Source of the DNA: a virus | Virus record (IMG/VR): IMGVR_UViG_3300009550_000009 | Length of the DNA stretch: 64,000 nucleotides | Reading direction: 5' to 3' (one strand) | Part shown: piece after piece, positions 47,508 through 57,650 of the stretch | Position numbering within the stretch: position 1 is the stretch's first letter | How the letters are laid out: each line of letters opens with the position of its first letter | Program-made: the position numbers and the translations under genes | Notes under the pieces: model-generated | Seen by the model: the letters and a program-made list of their open reading frames with translations, nothing else | Databases searched by the model: none | Told to the model about the DNA's origin: nothing

Positions 47508-48782
47508 ATGAAAGGTTTTTCACGATTTTTAGTTGAAGCAGAAGAATCCAAAGTAGCCGCTCAAGCAAAAAGACTCAATCTAAAGAGTGATGGGCATGGC
47601 GGTTGGTTAGATGCTGGTGGAAAGTATGTTGCAAAAACAGAAAAAGGAAAACTAAAATTCTTTGGTAAGAGAGGTGGAGCAAAAGAAGATCCACAGACAC
47701 AAACTCGTAGACCAACACCAGAACCAATCAAAACTAAAGTTGCTGCAAGACCCGGACAAGTTGCAGCACCAGCAAAACCAGCACAACCAGAAACTGCAGC
47801 ACCTGTAAAGACAAAAAAACCTGATGAGGCAGAGACTGCAGAGGGAGATACAATTACAGTTGCGTTTGGTAGATTTAATCCACCAACTATAGGTCATGAA
47901 AAATTATTAAAAGCAGCACAAAAAGTTGCTGTGGGTGGTGAATTAAAAATATACCCATCAAGATCACAAGATCCAAAGAAAAATCCTCTTGATCCTGATA
48001 TGAAAGTTTCATTCATGAGAAAGATGTTTCCAGAGTTTGAAGAAAATATTATAAATGATTCAGAAATGAGATCAATATTTAATGTATTGGTTACAGCAGC
48101 AGAGGAAGGATATAAAAATGTTAATATTGTTGTTGGAGCAGATCGTCAAGCAGAGTTTGAAAATCTTGCAAACAAATATAATGGAGAACTATATGATTTT
48201 GATGAGATTAGAGTTATTTCTGCTGGCGTGAGAGATGCTGATGCTGAAGGAGTTGAAGGGATGTCGGCATCTAAAATGAGAAAAGCTGTAGTAGATGATG
48301 ATTTTAATTCATTTAAAACAGGAACACCAAGTTCTATAAAAGATGCAGATGCACAAGCTTTATATGATGCAGTTCGTTCTGGTATGAAGATTGCAAAGAA
48401 GAAAGCAGTTGCAGAATTATGGCAAATTGCACCTAAATGTGATCCAAGAGGTTTGAGAGAACAATATGTATCTGGTAATTTATATAAATTAGGTGATTAT
48501 GTTGAAAGTTTGAATACGGGACTGATAGGAAAAATAATTCGTCGTGGAACTAATCATTTAATATGTGTAACCGAAGAAAATTATATGTTTAAAACATGGA
48601 TAAAGGATGTCATGGAATATTCTGAAGTCAGAATGAGTCGTCGTATGAGAGATAAAACACACCCAAATTACTTAATTGGCACTTCAGGATATAGAAAAAA
48701 CGTTATGGATAAGATGGGTATGAAGAAAATACAGAACTTTGATATTAAGGAGTTCATAAATAAATACAGACTAAAAAAGTGA
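47508..48782 (+). CDS. HxGH nucleotidyltransferase ('cytidyltransferase') with CTS-like leader
   Basis: FGRFNPPTIGHEKL, KKNPL, VVGADR, SAGVRD, MSASKMR; N-terminus MKGFSRFLVE. Confidence 0.85.
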   Translation: MKGFSRFLVEAEESKVAAQAKRLNLKSDGHGGWLDAGGKYVAKTEKGKLKFFGKRGGAKEDPQTQTRRPTPEPIKTKVAARPGQVAAPAKPAQPETAAPVKTKKPDEAETAEGDTITVAFGRFNPPTIGHEKLLKAAQKVAVGGELKIYPSRSQDPKKNPLDPDMKVSFMRKMFPEFEENIINDSEMRSIFNVLVTAAEEGYKNVNIVVGADRQAEFENLANKYNGELYDFDEIRVISAGVRDADAEGVEGMSASKMRKAVVDDDFNSFKTGTPSSIKDADAQALYDAVRSGMKIAKKKAVAELWQIAPKCDPRGLREQYVSGNLYKLGDYVESLNTGLIGKIIRRGTNHLICVTEENYMFKTWIKDVMEYSEVRMSRRMRDKTHPNYLIGTSGYRKNVMDKMGMKKIQNFDIKEFINKYRLKK

Positions 48783-48783
48783 C

Positions 48784-50121
48784 ATGCCACAAGGAATATC
48801 GCCAAACCCATTAAACAAACTATCACAAATCTACTTAAATCAGATTGTTGAATCTGATTGTGATTGTGAAGGATGTGGTCAAGACCCATGCATTAAGTGT
48901 GGAAGAAGTCATCATATTGTGAATGAGCATCATAAGAAAGACGCAGATGGTAATACGATTCCTCATGAGGGTGAAGATGTTGATGAAGCAATGTATACAG
49001 GCCCTAACAAAGAAGATAGAAAGCAAATTAAAAAAATGGATGACCCTAGTTATGCTAAGAAGTTAGCAGACTATGAAAAGAATATGGATCCTAAGAAACG
49101 TCAGGCTCTTAAGGATAAAGCAACTAAGGGTATGAAGTTTACTCATGAAGCATTTTCTGACACAGGTATGGCAAAAGGATCTGGAAAACCATCTGGTGCT
49201 ATGAAAGATTTTCTTGATAAGAAAGCAAAGAAACTAGAAAAACAAAGAGCGTCACAATCTCAAGCTGCTAGAAATAATCCTCACTTTGATAGCACACAAC
49301 CATCACCATCAGGTAGAAATAAGTATATGGAATCTATTTCTAATTGGAGAGAAGATTTTATATGGGAAGAAGAAGTTGAAGGCCCCGATAATAAAGATAA
49401 TAAAAAAGTAACAGAGAAAAATATAAAAAATAAAATTGTTATTAATCCTAAATTAGGTGAGGCAGTTGAAAGTATGGGTGGACAACTGATTGATGTTGTT
49501 GAAATGGATATGGATAAAAAGGGTCAAGAGGATCCACAAATGAAATCAAAGATGCTTCGTCAAAGGCAACTTAAAAAACAAGTATTACTTCGTAAATTAC
49601 AGGCAGTAAGACAAACTGGTGGTGAAGACATTGTTGCATCATATGAACCAGACGGTGAACAACTTGATGAATATGGTAATCCAAGAGTAGGAATGAGGTT
49701 GAAAGTTGCTCGTGCGATTGATAAAGTAAATCCAAAACCAAAAGTAGGTAGTAAGAGAACTGCTATTTCAAACAAGTTGAAGATGTCTTCAATACGAGCA
49801 GAAACTAGAAGACAAAAACAAAAAGATAATCCATATTCAGTTGGTAAAAAAGTAAAGACTGCACTTGGAATGAGCACTGAAGACTACATTCCAGAAGAGG
49901 GATATGATCATTATAAAGATCGCATGGCTGAAAGGGGTATTGATATAAGTTCTCCTGATAAGAAAGATGCAACAACTATGCCAAGAAAACCAGAGAAACA
50001 ATCAAAAGGCATGACTGCTGCACAAAAAGCAGCAAAAGGTAAATCTGCGCTTGATATTGTGAAAGCAGACATTAGGAAAAAATATGGTAAAGGTGCCATC
50101 ATGGATATGAGTAAAAAATAA
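48784..50121 (+). CDS. late modular basic protein (putative polyprotein)
   Basis: Basic modules separated by acidic linkers ending IVE, VNE, VDE, SYEPDGEQLDE, IPEE. Confidence 0.75.
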   Translation: MPQGISPNPLNKLSQIYLNQIVESDCDCEGCGQDPCIKCGRSHHIVNEHHKKDADGNTIPHEGEDVDEAMYTGPNKEDRKQIKKMDDPSYAKKLADYEKNMDPKKRQALKDKATKGMKFTHEAFSDTGMAKGSGKPSGAMKDFLDKKAKKLEKQRASQSQAARNNPHFDSTQPSPSGRNKYMESISNWREDFIWEEEVEGPDNKDNKKVTEKNIKNKIVINPKLGEAVESMGGQLIDVVEMDMDKKGQEDPQMKSKMLRQRQLKKQVLLRKLQAVRQTGGEDIVASYEPDGEQLDEYGNPRVGMRLKVARAIDKVNPKPKVGSKRTAISNKLKMSSIRAETRRQKQKDNPYSVGKKVKTALGMSTEDYIPEEGYDHYKDRMAERGIDISSPDKKDATTMPRKPEKQSKGMTAAQKAAKGKSALDIVKADIRKKYGKGAIMDMSKK

Positions 50122-51866
50122 TGCCAGCACTTTCCAAAAAACAACAAAGATTTATGGGAATGGTTTATGCAACCAAAAAAGGTGAAATGGATAATCCGTC
50201 ACCTGAAGTTCAAAAGGCTGCAGACTCTATGAAAAAAAGTGATGCAAAAGATTTTGCATCTACAAAACATAAAGGTTTACCAAATAAAGTAGTGCAAAAG
50301 GAAGAATCAAATCCTCGTATTCCTCGCAAGAAGGGGCAACCAGCAGGTTCAAAAAAACATTCTGATTTATATACTGATGAAAATCCTAAAGGAACTATTC
50401 ATGGACTTGGTTTTAAGGATGTGGCTACTGCTAAAGCATCTGTCTCAAAAATACGTAATTCTTCAAGATCACATGCTCATAAAATTCAAGCAGCAGTTGC
50501 TATGGAACAAAGGGCAAGAGAAATGGGTAAAACCTCTGAAGCAGCAGTCTATAGAAAATTCATCAACACGATGAAGGAAAAGACAAAGAAGATGAATGAA
50601 GCGATAAATCCTGCACAACAGGCTGCTATTGCTATCTCTAAAAAGAATAGATTGCAAGATTTAAAAATTGTTAAGAAAAAAAAGAAATCTATGAGTGAGA
50701 AAAAAGATCATGAACACTCAATGATAAGATCTCAACTCTCCACTATCATGAGAGCATCACAGAGATTGAAGAAAAAAATGAAAGGTGAAGGTGATGTAGA
50801 AGCATGGGTTCAATCAAAGATTACTAAAGCAGCAGATTATATAGATACTGCAGCAGATTATGTAGATAGTGGTGAAGTAAACGAAGAAGGTTTACGGAAC
50901 TGGTTTGGTAAATCAAGCGGAACTACTAAGTCTGGACGCAAAGTAAAAGGTTGGGTTCAAGTTGGTGGTAAGTATGATGGTAAACCTTGTGCTCGCCAAC
51001 CCGGTCAGAAAACAACTCCTAAGTGCACCTCTTCATCAAAGAGAGCATCTATGAGTGATAAAGAAAGAGATAGTGCTCGTCGTCGTAAGGTCGCTGCTGA
51101 TCCCGGTCAACCACAAAAGTCTGGTGCAGCAAAACCTACCATGGTATCAACTGACCCCAAGAAAAAAATGAAAGAAGCAAAAGAGCTCCCTAAAAATGTA
51201 AAAGGGATTGCAAAAGAGCTTGATAAAGCAGTTGAATTGCATTCTAGTCAAGCAAAAAGGTTAAGAAAAGCTGGTATAAGTGAAGCAAAGGACAAAAAAG
51301 GTAAGGGTAGTGGCACAAAAGATGCTTGCTATCATAAAGTTAAGTCACGTTATTCAGTTTGGCCTAGTGCATATGCTTCAGGTGCTTTAGTTAAGTGTCG
51401 TAAAGTAGGTGCTGCTAACTGGGGTAACAGCACGAAAGAAGAGTTCGTGAAGGACGGAATCTCATTTCAACAGTTTCAGGAAAAGTGTTGGAAAGGTTAT
51501 GAAAAGAAAGGTATGAAGACGATGTTTGGTAAGAGATATCCAAACTGTGTCAAGAAAGAGGAGACTGAGGTAGTAAGAGAGGATGATATGAAGGGGATGA
51601 GCGTCAAGTCTGGTCATAAAAGACCCACAAAAAGTGGGGCTGGAATGACAAAAAAGGGTGTTGAGGCGTATCGCCGTAGAAATCCGGGGTCTAAATTAAA
51701 GACAGCGGTGACTACTCCTCCATCAAAACTAAAAGCCGGAAGTAAGTCTGCCAACAGAAGAAAGAGTTACTGTGCAAGAAGTGCAGGGCAAATGAAGAAG
51801 TTTCCTAAAGCAGCGAAAGATCCAGATAGCAGATTAAGGCAAGCACGAAGACGCTGGAACTGCTGA
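50121..51866 (+). CDS. late modular basic protein (putative polyprotein)
   Basis: About 9 Lys/Arg-rich modules delimited by xxE(E/A) linkers. Confidence 0.8.
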   Translation: MPALSKKQQRFMGMVYATKKGEMDNPSPEVQKAADSMKKSDAKDFASTKHKGLPNKVVQKEESNPRIPRKKGQPAGSKKHSDLYTDENPKGTIHGLGFKDVATAKASVSKIRNSSRSHAHKIQAAVAMEQRAREMGKTSEAAVYRKFINTMKEKTKKMNEAINPAQQAAIAISKKNRLQDLKIVKKKKKSMSEKKDHEHSMIRSQLSTIMRASQRLKKKMKGEGDVEAWVQSKITKAADYIDTAADYVDSGEVNEEGLRNWFGKSSGTTKSGRKVKGWVQVGGKYDGKPCARQPGQKTTPKCTSSSKRASMSDKERDSARRRKVAADPGQPQKSGAAKPTMVSTDPKKKMKEAKELPKNVKGIAKELDKAVELHSSQAKRLRKAGISEAKDKKGKGSGTKDACYHKVKSRYSVWPSAYASGALVKCRKVGAANWGNSTKEEFVKDGISFQQFQEKCWKGYEKKGMKTMFGKRYPNCVKKEETEVVREDDMKGMSVKSGHKRPTKSGAGMTKKGVEAYRRRNPGSKLKTAVTTPPSKLKAGSKSANRRKSYCARSAGQMKKFPKAAKDPDSRLRQARRRWNC

Positions 51867-51895
51867 CCTATATAATATACGTTTAGGAAATTATT

Positions 51896-52090
51896 ATGCT
51901 TTCATTTTTACTACCATTCGCATCAAAAATTGTATCTGATGCGGTGAATAAAATCCCTGAAAATGAGGAATTAGGGGATAAACTTATTGAAGTTTGTATA
52001 GTCATCCTTAAAAAAGCAGTTAAGTTAACAAAAACTGACATGGATGATAAACTTTTAGCGGAAGTCGAGAAGGCAATTCAGACCCGTTAA
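51896..52090 (+). CDS. small hypothetical protein
   Basis: MLSFLLPFA..LTKTDMDDKLL. Confidence 0.7.
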   Translation: MLSFLLPFASKIVSDAVNKIPENEELGDKLIEVCIVILKKAVKLTKTDMDDKLLAEVEKAIQTR

Positions 52091-52149
52091 TTTTGAAGAT
52101 CACATATCTATAAATATTAATTAGCAAGAAAATCTAAAGAGAGAAAAAC

Positions 52150-53439
52150 ATGGCACTTTGGGGAAACAAGGATGCTGGTATTGGAACTGCCCCTGCAGCA
52201 CATGCAGCGCAGGCCACGTTAACCTTGAATTATGCAACAAAAGAAATTGTTGGAGCAGCAACCACGTTTGGTCGTGTCGGTGCAGCAAAAACAGGTGATG
52301 TAATAGAAATCGGATCAAGAGCACCGGGTGCCACTTATTTCGGTAGTGCTACCATTGTTGGTATCGCAAGCACGACTTCCATTTCTATTGGATCAACAGC
52401 CGGTTTAAGCGGTGCAGCAATATCTGGAGTTACATTTTTCAAAGTTCGTGAGTGTCCTACCTCATCAGAAGGCGATCAATCATTCAGCACAAGAAATGAT
52501 TCCGCATCAAGTTTGAATAAAATTGGAGAAGTAATTTTAGGAGCAGCAGTTGCCACTTCTGATGCAGCGGGTGTTGGTGTTAGTGTTTTCTCTGTAAGTA
52601 AGGCACAACAAAGTAGTGAGAGAGGACTAGGATTAATAGTTGGAGATAGCATAGATACAAATACTGGTAATCTTGTCATATCAAAAGTAAATGATGCTGT
52701 TGTGACCACATTATCTGCTGTTGGAGCAGGAGAAACAGTCTTTAGATTCGCTCCTCCACCGGGTATAAAACATGGTCAATTTATTCAAGACCAGAGTGGA
52801 TCAATCGTTGGTTTTGGATCTACTACAGTAAAAGCGTTAGTTGGACAGGGTGCAACAACTAATTACATAACAATTAGTAATCTTGCTGGACATAATCTCT
52901 TGGCGGGAGATACAATTTTAACTCCTAATATTGCATCTGCTGTTGCAATCGGAACAGTGAATGTAGGTGTTAATACTATTTCATTAGTTGCTGGTGCCTC
53001 TGGAGGAACAATTACTGCTGGTATGGCGATCACAGTCTTTAGTGATACTATAGTTACATTAACTAAGGGTGCTGACATTGCTGTTAACGCTGGTTTAGGA
53101 TTGACTATTGTTGGTGATGAGACTGCAGCGTTCATATCATTCTCATCGAAAACAGGATCAGCTATTGCTTCTGGAGCAGGTGTAACTGTTAATAGATTCC
53201 AAGGTGGTTATGATAGATTCATATATGGAACTGCAGGTGCTGGTCTAACAGCAACAGGTGACTCTACTGCCGGTGATAAATTTATTCTTGACCATTCCGG
53301 ATGGGTTGGTGTTCAAACATACGTTGATTCAGCGGGTAACTTAAGAGTTAAGAAAGAAGTATTAGTTGCAATGTCAGGTATTACAACTGCTGATACTCCG
53401 ATCTATCCAGCATATCCACCAAATCCACCAGCTGCATAA
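52150..53439 (+). CDS. virion structural/fibre-like protein
   Basis: MALWG N-terminus, G/A/T/S-rich body, HSGWVG..GNLRVKKEVLVAMS C-terminus; late promoter. Confidence 0.75.
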   Translation: MALWGNKDAGIGTAPAAHAAQATLTLNYATKEIVGAATTFGRVGAAKTGDVIEIGSRAPGATYFGSATIVGIASTTSISIGSTAGLSGAAISGVTFFKVRECPTSSEGDQSFSTRNDSASSLNKIGEVILGAAVATSDAAGVGVSVFSVSKAQQSSERGLGLIVGDSIDTNTGNLVISKVNDAVVTTLSAVGAGETVFRFAPPPGIKHGQFIQDQSGSIVGFGSTTVKALVGQGATTNYITISNLAGHNLLAGDTILTPNIASAVAIGTVNVGVNTISLVAGASGGTITAGMAITVFSDTIVTLTKGADIAVNAGLGLTIVGDETAAFISFSSKTGSAIASGAGVTVNRFQGGYDRFIYGTAGAGLTATGDSTAGDKFILDHSGWVGVQTYVDSAGNLRVKKEVLVAMSGITTADTPIYPAYPPNPPAA

Positions 53440-53456
53440 ATTATTAAAAGTATGAT

Positions 53457-53861
53457 ATGAGATTTACTGAATTGAATGAGGGCAACTTCCTCTTGTTTGC
53501 GATTAAAAATTATGAAAATCCACAAGCCGTTACAAAGGACGACTTTGATAAGGATTTAAATCACTTCAAATATATCAAAAGATTATTGAAGAGATACAAA
53601 AACACTGGTGTCCTTAAATCTCATTTACTACTTAATCATTTTATAGTTCTCTATAATATTTTCGGTGAAGCGACAACTCCGATGTTATTTTACAAAATAG
53701 ACGAAGATCTGTGGGATACGATGAAGAGTTTTGTAATCTTTTTAAACAGATTACCTGAGTATCCTAAGACAAGCATGCATGATGTCAAAGTTGACGTGGT
53801 ATGTTTGAAAGAACTTTATAGGGATTACAATGAAAAAAACTCCGCTAGAAAAGGTAATTGA
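53457..53861 (+). CDS. conserved T4-like hypothetical protein
   Basis: F.ELNE.NFLLFAIKNY.NP..DL..FKYIKRL..LNH.I..YN.FG. Confidence 0.8.
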   Translation: MRFTELNEGNFLLFAIKNYENPQAVTKDDFDKDLNHFKYIKRLLKRYKNTGVLKSHLLLNHFIVLYNIFGEATTPMLFYKIDEDLWDTMKSFVIFLNRLPEYPKTSMHDVKVDVVCLKELYRDYNEKNSARKGN

Positions 53862-54018
53862 ATTAATTCGTGAGCAAGCGATTGGTGGTGCTCCAACGAA
53901 TAATGTTGGTAGTGGAAATATAGCAGGAACAAGTCAAGCGGGTGATGATCCCCCTATTAGAAAGAAGAAAAGATATATCTATACTAGGGGGGCACGAAAG
54001 CAATGGATGAAGAAGTAA
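53830..54018 (+). CDS. small hypothetical protein
   Basis: LIRE..PTNNVGSGNIAG..DPP.RKKK. Confidence 0.65.
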   Translation: MKKTPLEKVIELIREQAIGGAPTNNVGSGNIAGTSQAGDDPPIRKKKRYIYTRGARKQWMKK

Positions 54019-54404
54019 GAGTCGCTATTCTAGAACAAAAACAAGAAGTTCTCGAACATTTTGTAGAGAAGTTAGATTCTGCTATTGAAAAAATTGCAGA
54101 GGTAAATACTAATGTTAGTAGGATGCTTGCCGTCCATGAAGAAAAATTATCGAAACAAGACGAAATCGACGGAATACTCTTTGCTAAAATTGACGAACTC
54201 CGTGATAAAATGGACAGCGATCATGTCGTCCTGCGTCAAAGACTATCATTATTGGAACGGAGACTTTGGACTACTGTTGGAGCATTGGGAGCAGTGGTAT
54301 TACTAAGTAATCCCCAAGCTATCAAATTAATTAGACCATTGTTTTCTTCTGCAAATAGTGCTATAATAGCACCAGTAGTTGCTATTGTGGATGGATCAAG
54401 TTGA
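54003..54404 (+). CDS. coiled-coil protein with C-terminal TM helix
   Basis: MLAVHEEK heptads then hydrophobic segment. Confidence 0.7.
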   Translation: MDEEVRVAILEQKQEVLEHFVEKLDSAIEKIAEVNTNVSRMLAVHEEKLSKQDEIDGILFAKIDELRDKMDSDHVVLRQRLSLLERRLWTTVGALGAVVLLSNPQAIKLIRPLFSSANSAIIAPVVAIVDGSS

Positions 54405-55359
54405 TTCTAAGTATATTGGATTAGTATCATCAAGACTACAAAAATTCAAAAGAGTTAAATCTGATCTGTATAATTTCAGATGCCCGATTTGTGGTGACTC
54501 AAAAAGAACTAAAAGTAAAACGAGAGGATATCTCTATGCAATTAAGGCAAATGTAAATTTCAAATGTCATAATTGTGGTGCTTCAATGTCTTTGAGTAAT
54601 TTTTTGAAGAAGATAGACCCTGTTGTTCATAAACAATATGCTTTTGAAAAATTTAAGGACGGTCATACTGGTCGTAACTTTGTTGTTGAAGAACCAAAGT
54701 TTGAATTTAAAGCACCAGTTTTTAAACCCAAACTAAATTTACCAAAGGCAATTGATAATCCAATTGCAAAAAAATATCTAGAAAAAAGAAAGTTAAACCC
54801 ATCTGAATTTTATTATACAGATACATTTAAGAAGTGGGTAAATACTTTAGTCTCTAAATTTGATGATGTAACTTATGATGAACCACGAATAGTAATTCCT
54901 TTAATATATGAAAACAATCTTATAGGAATACAAGGAAGGTCTCTAGGCCCTAATTCTGTTAAATATATTACTATCATGTTAGAGGAGGATGCTCCCAAAA
55001 TTTATGGACTCGACAAAGTTAACAAAGAAAAATCAATTTATATCATTGAAGGCCCTTTCGATTCCTCCTTCGTGGAGAACTCGGTTGCTATGTGCGGTTC
55101 CGATCTTGATGTTCGGTCGTTTGGTTGGAGCGATTATATTTGGGTTTTTGATAATGAACCACGTAACAGAGAAATCGTCAATCGAATCTCCAAAACCATC
55201 GATAGAGGAGATAAAGTGGTAATTTGGCCTAGTAATATTGTTGAAAAAGACATAAATGATATGGTGATGAGTGGACAAGATGTAATGAGCGTGTTAGAAT
55301 CTAATACATATTTTGGTTTAGAAGCAAAACTTAAATTTAATACTTGGAAAAGAATATGA
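54391..55359 (+). CDS. gp61: DNA primase gp61
   Basis: CPICGDS..CHNC Zn finger, IEGPFDS, FDNEPRN, KDINDM. Confidence 0.96.
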   Translation: MDQVDSKYIGLVSSRLQKFKRVKSDLYNFRCPICGDSKRTKSKTRGYLYAIKANVNFKCHNCGASMSLSNFLKKIDPVVHKQYAFEKFKDGHTGRNFVVEEPKFEFKAPVFKPKLNLPKAIDNPIAKKYLEKRKLNPSEFYYTDTFKKWVNTLVSKFDDVTYDEPRIVIPLIYENNLIGIQGRSLGPNSVKYITIMLEEDAPKIYGLDKVNKEKSIYIIEGPFDSSFVENSVAMCGSDLDVRSFGWSDYIWVFDNEPRNREIVNRISKTIDRGDKVVIWPSNIVEKDINDMVMSGQDVMSVLESNTYFGLEAKLKFNTWKRI

Positions 55360-57650
55360 GCAACGGAACTAAAGTTGTTAAAAGAGATGGTTCAATTGAA
55401 CTACTCGATCTAGAAAAGATGCATGTCATGGTCGAAGAGGCATGTAAAGGTCTTGGAGGGGTCTCTGCGAGTCAAGTTGAGATACAATCTGGCATACAGT
55501 TCTATGATGGTATTACCACTGCTGAAATTCAGGAAATACTGATCAAATCTGCTAGTGATTTAATATCTACTGATAATCCTAACTACCAATTTGTTGCTGC
55601 TAGACTATTATTGTTCTCTGTAAGAAAAAATTTGTATGGTGGTGTTCGTGATTTACCTCATTTAGAAAATCACATTTACAGTTGCACAAATATTGATGTA
55701 TATGATAAAGACATTTTTAACAAATATTCTAAGGAGGAGATTGACAAGGCTAATGGTTTCCTTGACCATAGCCGCGATTTTCTATTCACATATGCAGGAC
55801 TTCGGCAAGTGGTCGATAAATATCTTGTGCAGGACAGGAGTGGTGGAGGTGTTTTTGAAACACCACAATTCATGTATATCATGATTGCCCTGACAATATT
55901 TGCAGAATATCCAAAAGAAACCAGACTTAACTACGTAAAAAGATACTATGACGCAATCAGTAAACACAAAATCAACATCCCAACACCAATTATGGGAGGT
56001 GTCAGAACACCTCTTCGTCAATTTGCATCTTGCGTTTTGGTTGATATTGATGACACCCTCGATAGTATCTTTAGCAGTGATATGGCTATTGGCAAGTATG
56101 TCGCACAAAGGGCTGGTATCGGTATTAACGCAGGGAGAGTCCGTGGTATCAACAGTAAAATCAGAGGCGGAGAGGTTCAACACACAGGTGTCATCCCCTT
56201 CCTTAAAAAATTTGAATCAACTGTCAGATGCTGCACTCAAAACGGGATCAGAGGCGGTTCAGCTACTGTCCACTTTCCAATCTGGCATCAAGAAATTCAA
56301 GACATCATTGTTCTCAAAAACAACAAAGGCACGGAAGACAACCGAGTAAGAAAGTTAGATTATAGTATTCAATTAAGTGCTTTATTTTATCAAAGATTTA
56401 TTGATGATGGAGAAATAACTTTATTCTCTCCTCATGATGCACCCGGACTTTATGATGCTTTCGGAACTGATTCTTTTGATGAACTTTATGAAAACTATGA
56501 GAAGAGTGATATACCAAAAACCACTGTAGGTGCACAGAAATTAATTCTTGATCTTTTAAAAGAGAGAGCAGAGACTGGTCGTATCTATATTATGAATATT
56601 GATCATTGCAATAGTCATAGTTCTTTCAAAGATAGAGTGACTATGAGTAATCTTTGTCAGGAGATTACTTTACCCACATATCCACTACAACATATCGATG
56701 ATCATTTGGGTGAGATTGCACTTTGTATCCTATCTGCAATTAATGTTGGTAAGGTTCAATCTGATAAAGAATTAGAAGATTTATGTGATTTATCTGTCCG
56801 TGCACTAGAGGAGTTGATTGATTATCAAGATTACCCTGTAAAGGCAGCAGAGATCGCTACAAAGGCAAGAAGATCACTTGGTGTAGGATTTATAGGTCTA
56901 GCACATTATTTGGCAAAACTTGGGTTCAAATATGACTCTCAAGAGGCATGGGATGCTGTTCATAGTTTATCAGAATCTTTTCAATATTACCTTTTAAAAT
57001 CATCTAATCAGTTAGCAATTGAAAAAGGCCATTGTGAAAACTTCGGAAGAACAAAATATTCAGATGGAATACTTCCAATTGATACATATAAGAAGGATGT
57101 AGATGAAATTAGTAATTTAGAGTGTCAGCATGATTGGGAATCTCTTAGGTCATCTATCTTGGAGCACGGTCTCAGGCACTCAACATTGTCCGCACAAATG
57201 CCTTCGGAGAGTAGTTCCGTTGTGTCAAACGCAACAAATGGAATTGAACCTCCTAGAGCATACTTGTCCATTAAAAAATCAAAGAAGGGGCCTCTTAAGC
57301 AGGTTGTTCCATCTTATGGAAGTCTAAAAAACAATTACACTCTTCTTTGGGATATGCCTGATAATACCGGATATATTAACATAGTTGCAGTAATGCAAAA
57401 GTTTTTCGATCAAGCAATCTCTGGAAATTGGTCATACAATCCAGAGCATTTTGACGACTCTGAAGTTCCGGTTAGTGTGATGGCACAAGATTTATTAACA
57501 ACATACAAATATGGTTGGAAGACATCCTATTATCAAAATACTAATGATATGAAAACTGATGATGTAGAATCAGATAAACCTGATATACTAGACTTGATTA
57601 ACGAAATAGACGACGCAAACGAAGAGGAGTGCGAATCCTGTGCAATTTAA
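55356..57650 (+). CDS. nrdA: class Ia ribonucleotide reductase alpha
   Basis: ATP cone VVKRDG, PTP, ASCVL, SNLCQEI, MPSESSS, C-terminal CESCAI. Confidence 0.98.
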   Translation: MSNGTKVVKRDGSIELLDLEKMHVMVEEACKGLGGVSASQVEIQSGIQFYDGITTAEIQEILIKSASDLISTDNPNYQFVAARLLLFSVRKNLYGGVRDLPHLENHIYSCTNIDVYDKDIFNKYSKEEIDKANGFLDHSRDFLFTYAGLRQVVDKYLVQDRSGGGVFETPQFMYIMIALTIFAEYPKETRLNYVKRYYDAISKHKINIPTPIMGGVRTPLRQFASCVLVDIDDTLDSIFSSDMAIGKYVAQRAGIGINAGRVRGINSKIRGGEVQHTGVIPFLKKFESTVRCCTQNGIRGGSATVHFPIWHQEIQDIIVLKNNKGTEDNRVRKLDYSIQLSALFYQRFIDDGEITLFSPHDAPGLYDAFGTDSFDELYENYEKSDIPKTTVGAQKLILDLLKERAETGRIYIMNIDHCNSHSSFKDRVTMSNLCQEITLPTYPLQHIDDHLGEIALCILSAINVGKVQSDKELEDLCDLSVRALEELIDYQDYPVKAAEIATKARRSLGVGFIGLAHYLAKLGFKYDSQEAWDAVHSLSESFQYYLLKSSNQLAIEKGHCENFGRTKYSDGILPIDTYKKDVDEISNLECQHDWESLRSSILEHGLRHSTLSAQMPSESSSVVSNATNGIEPPRAYLSIKKSKKGPLKQVVPSYGSLKNNYTLLWDMPDNTGYINIVAVMQKFFDQAISGNWSYNPEHFDDSEVPVSVMAQDLLTTYKYGWKTSYYQNTNDMKTDDVESDKPDILDLINEIDDANEEECESCAI

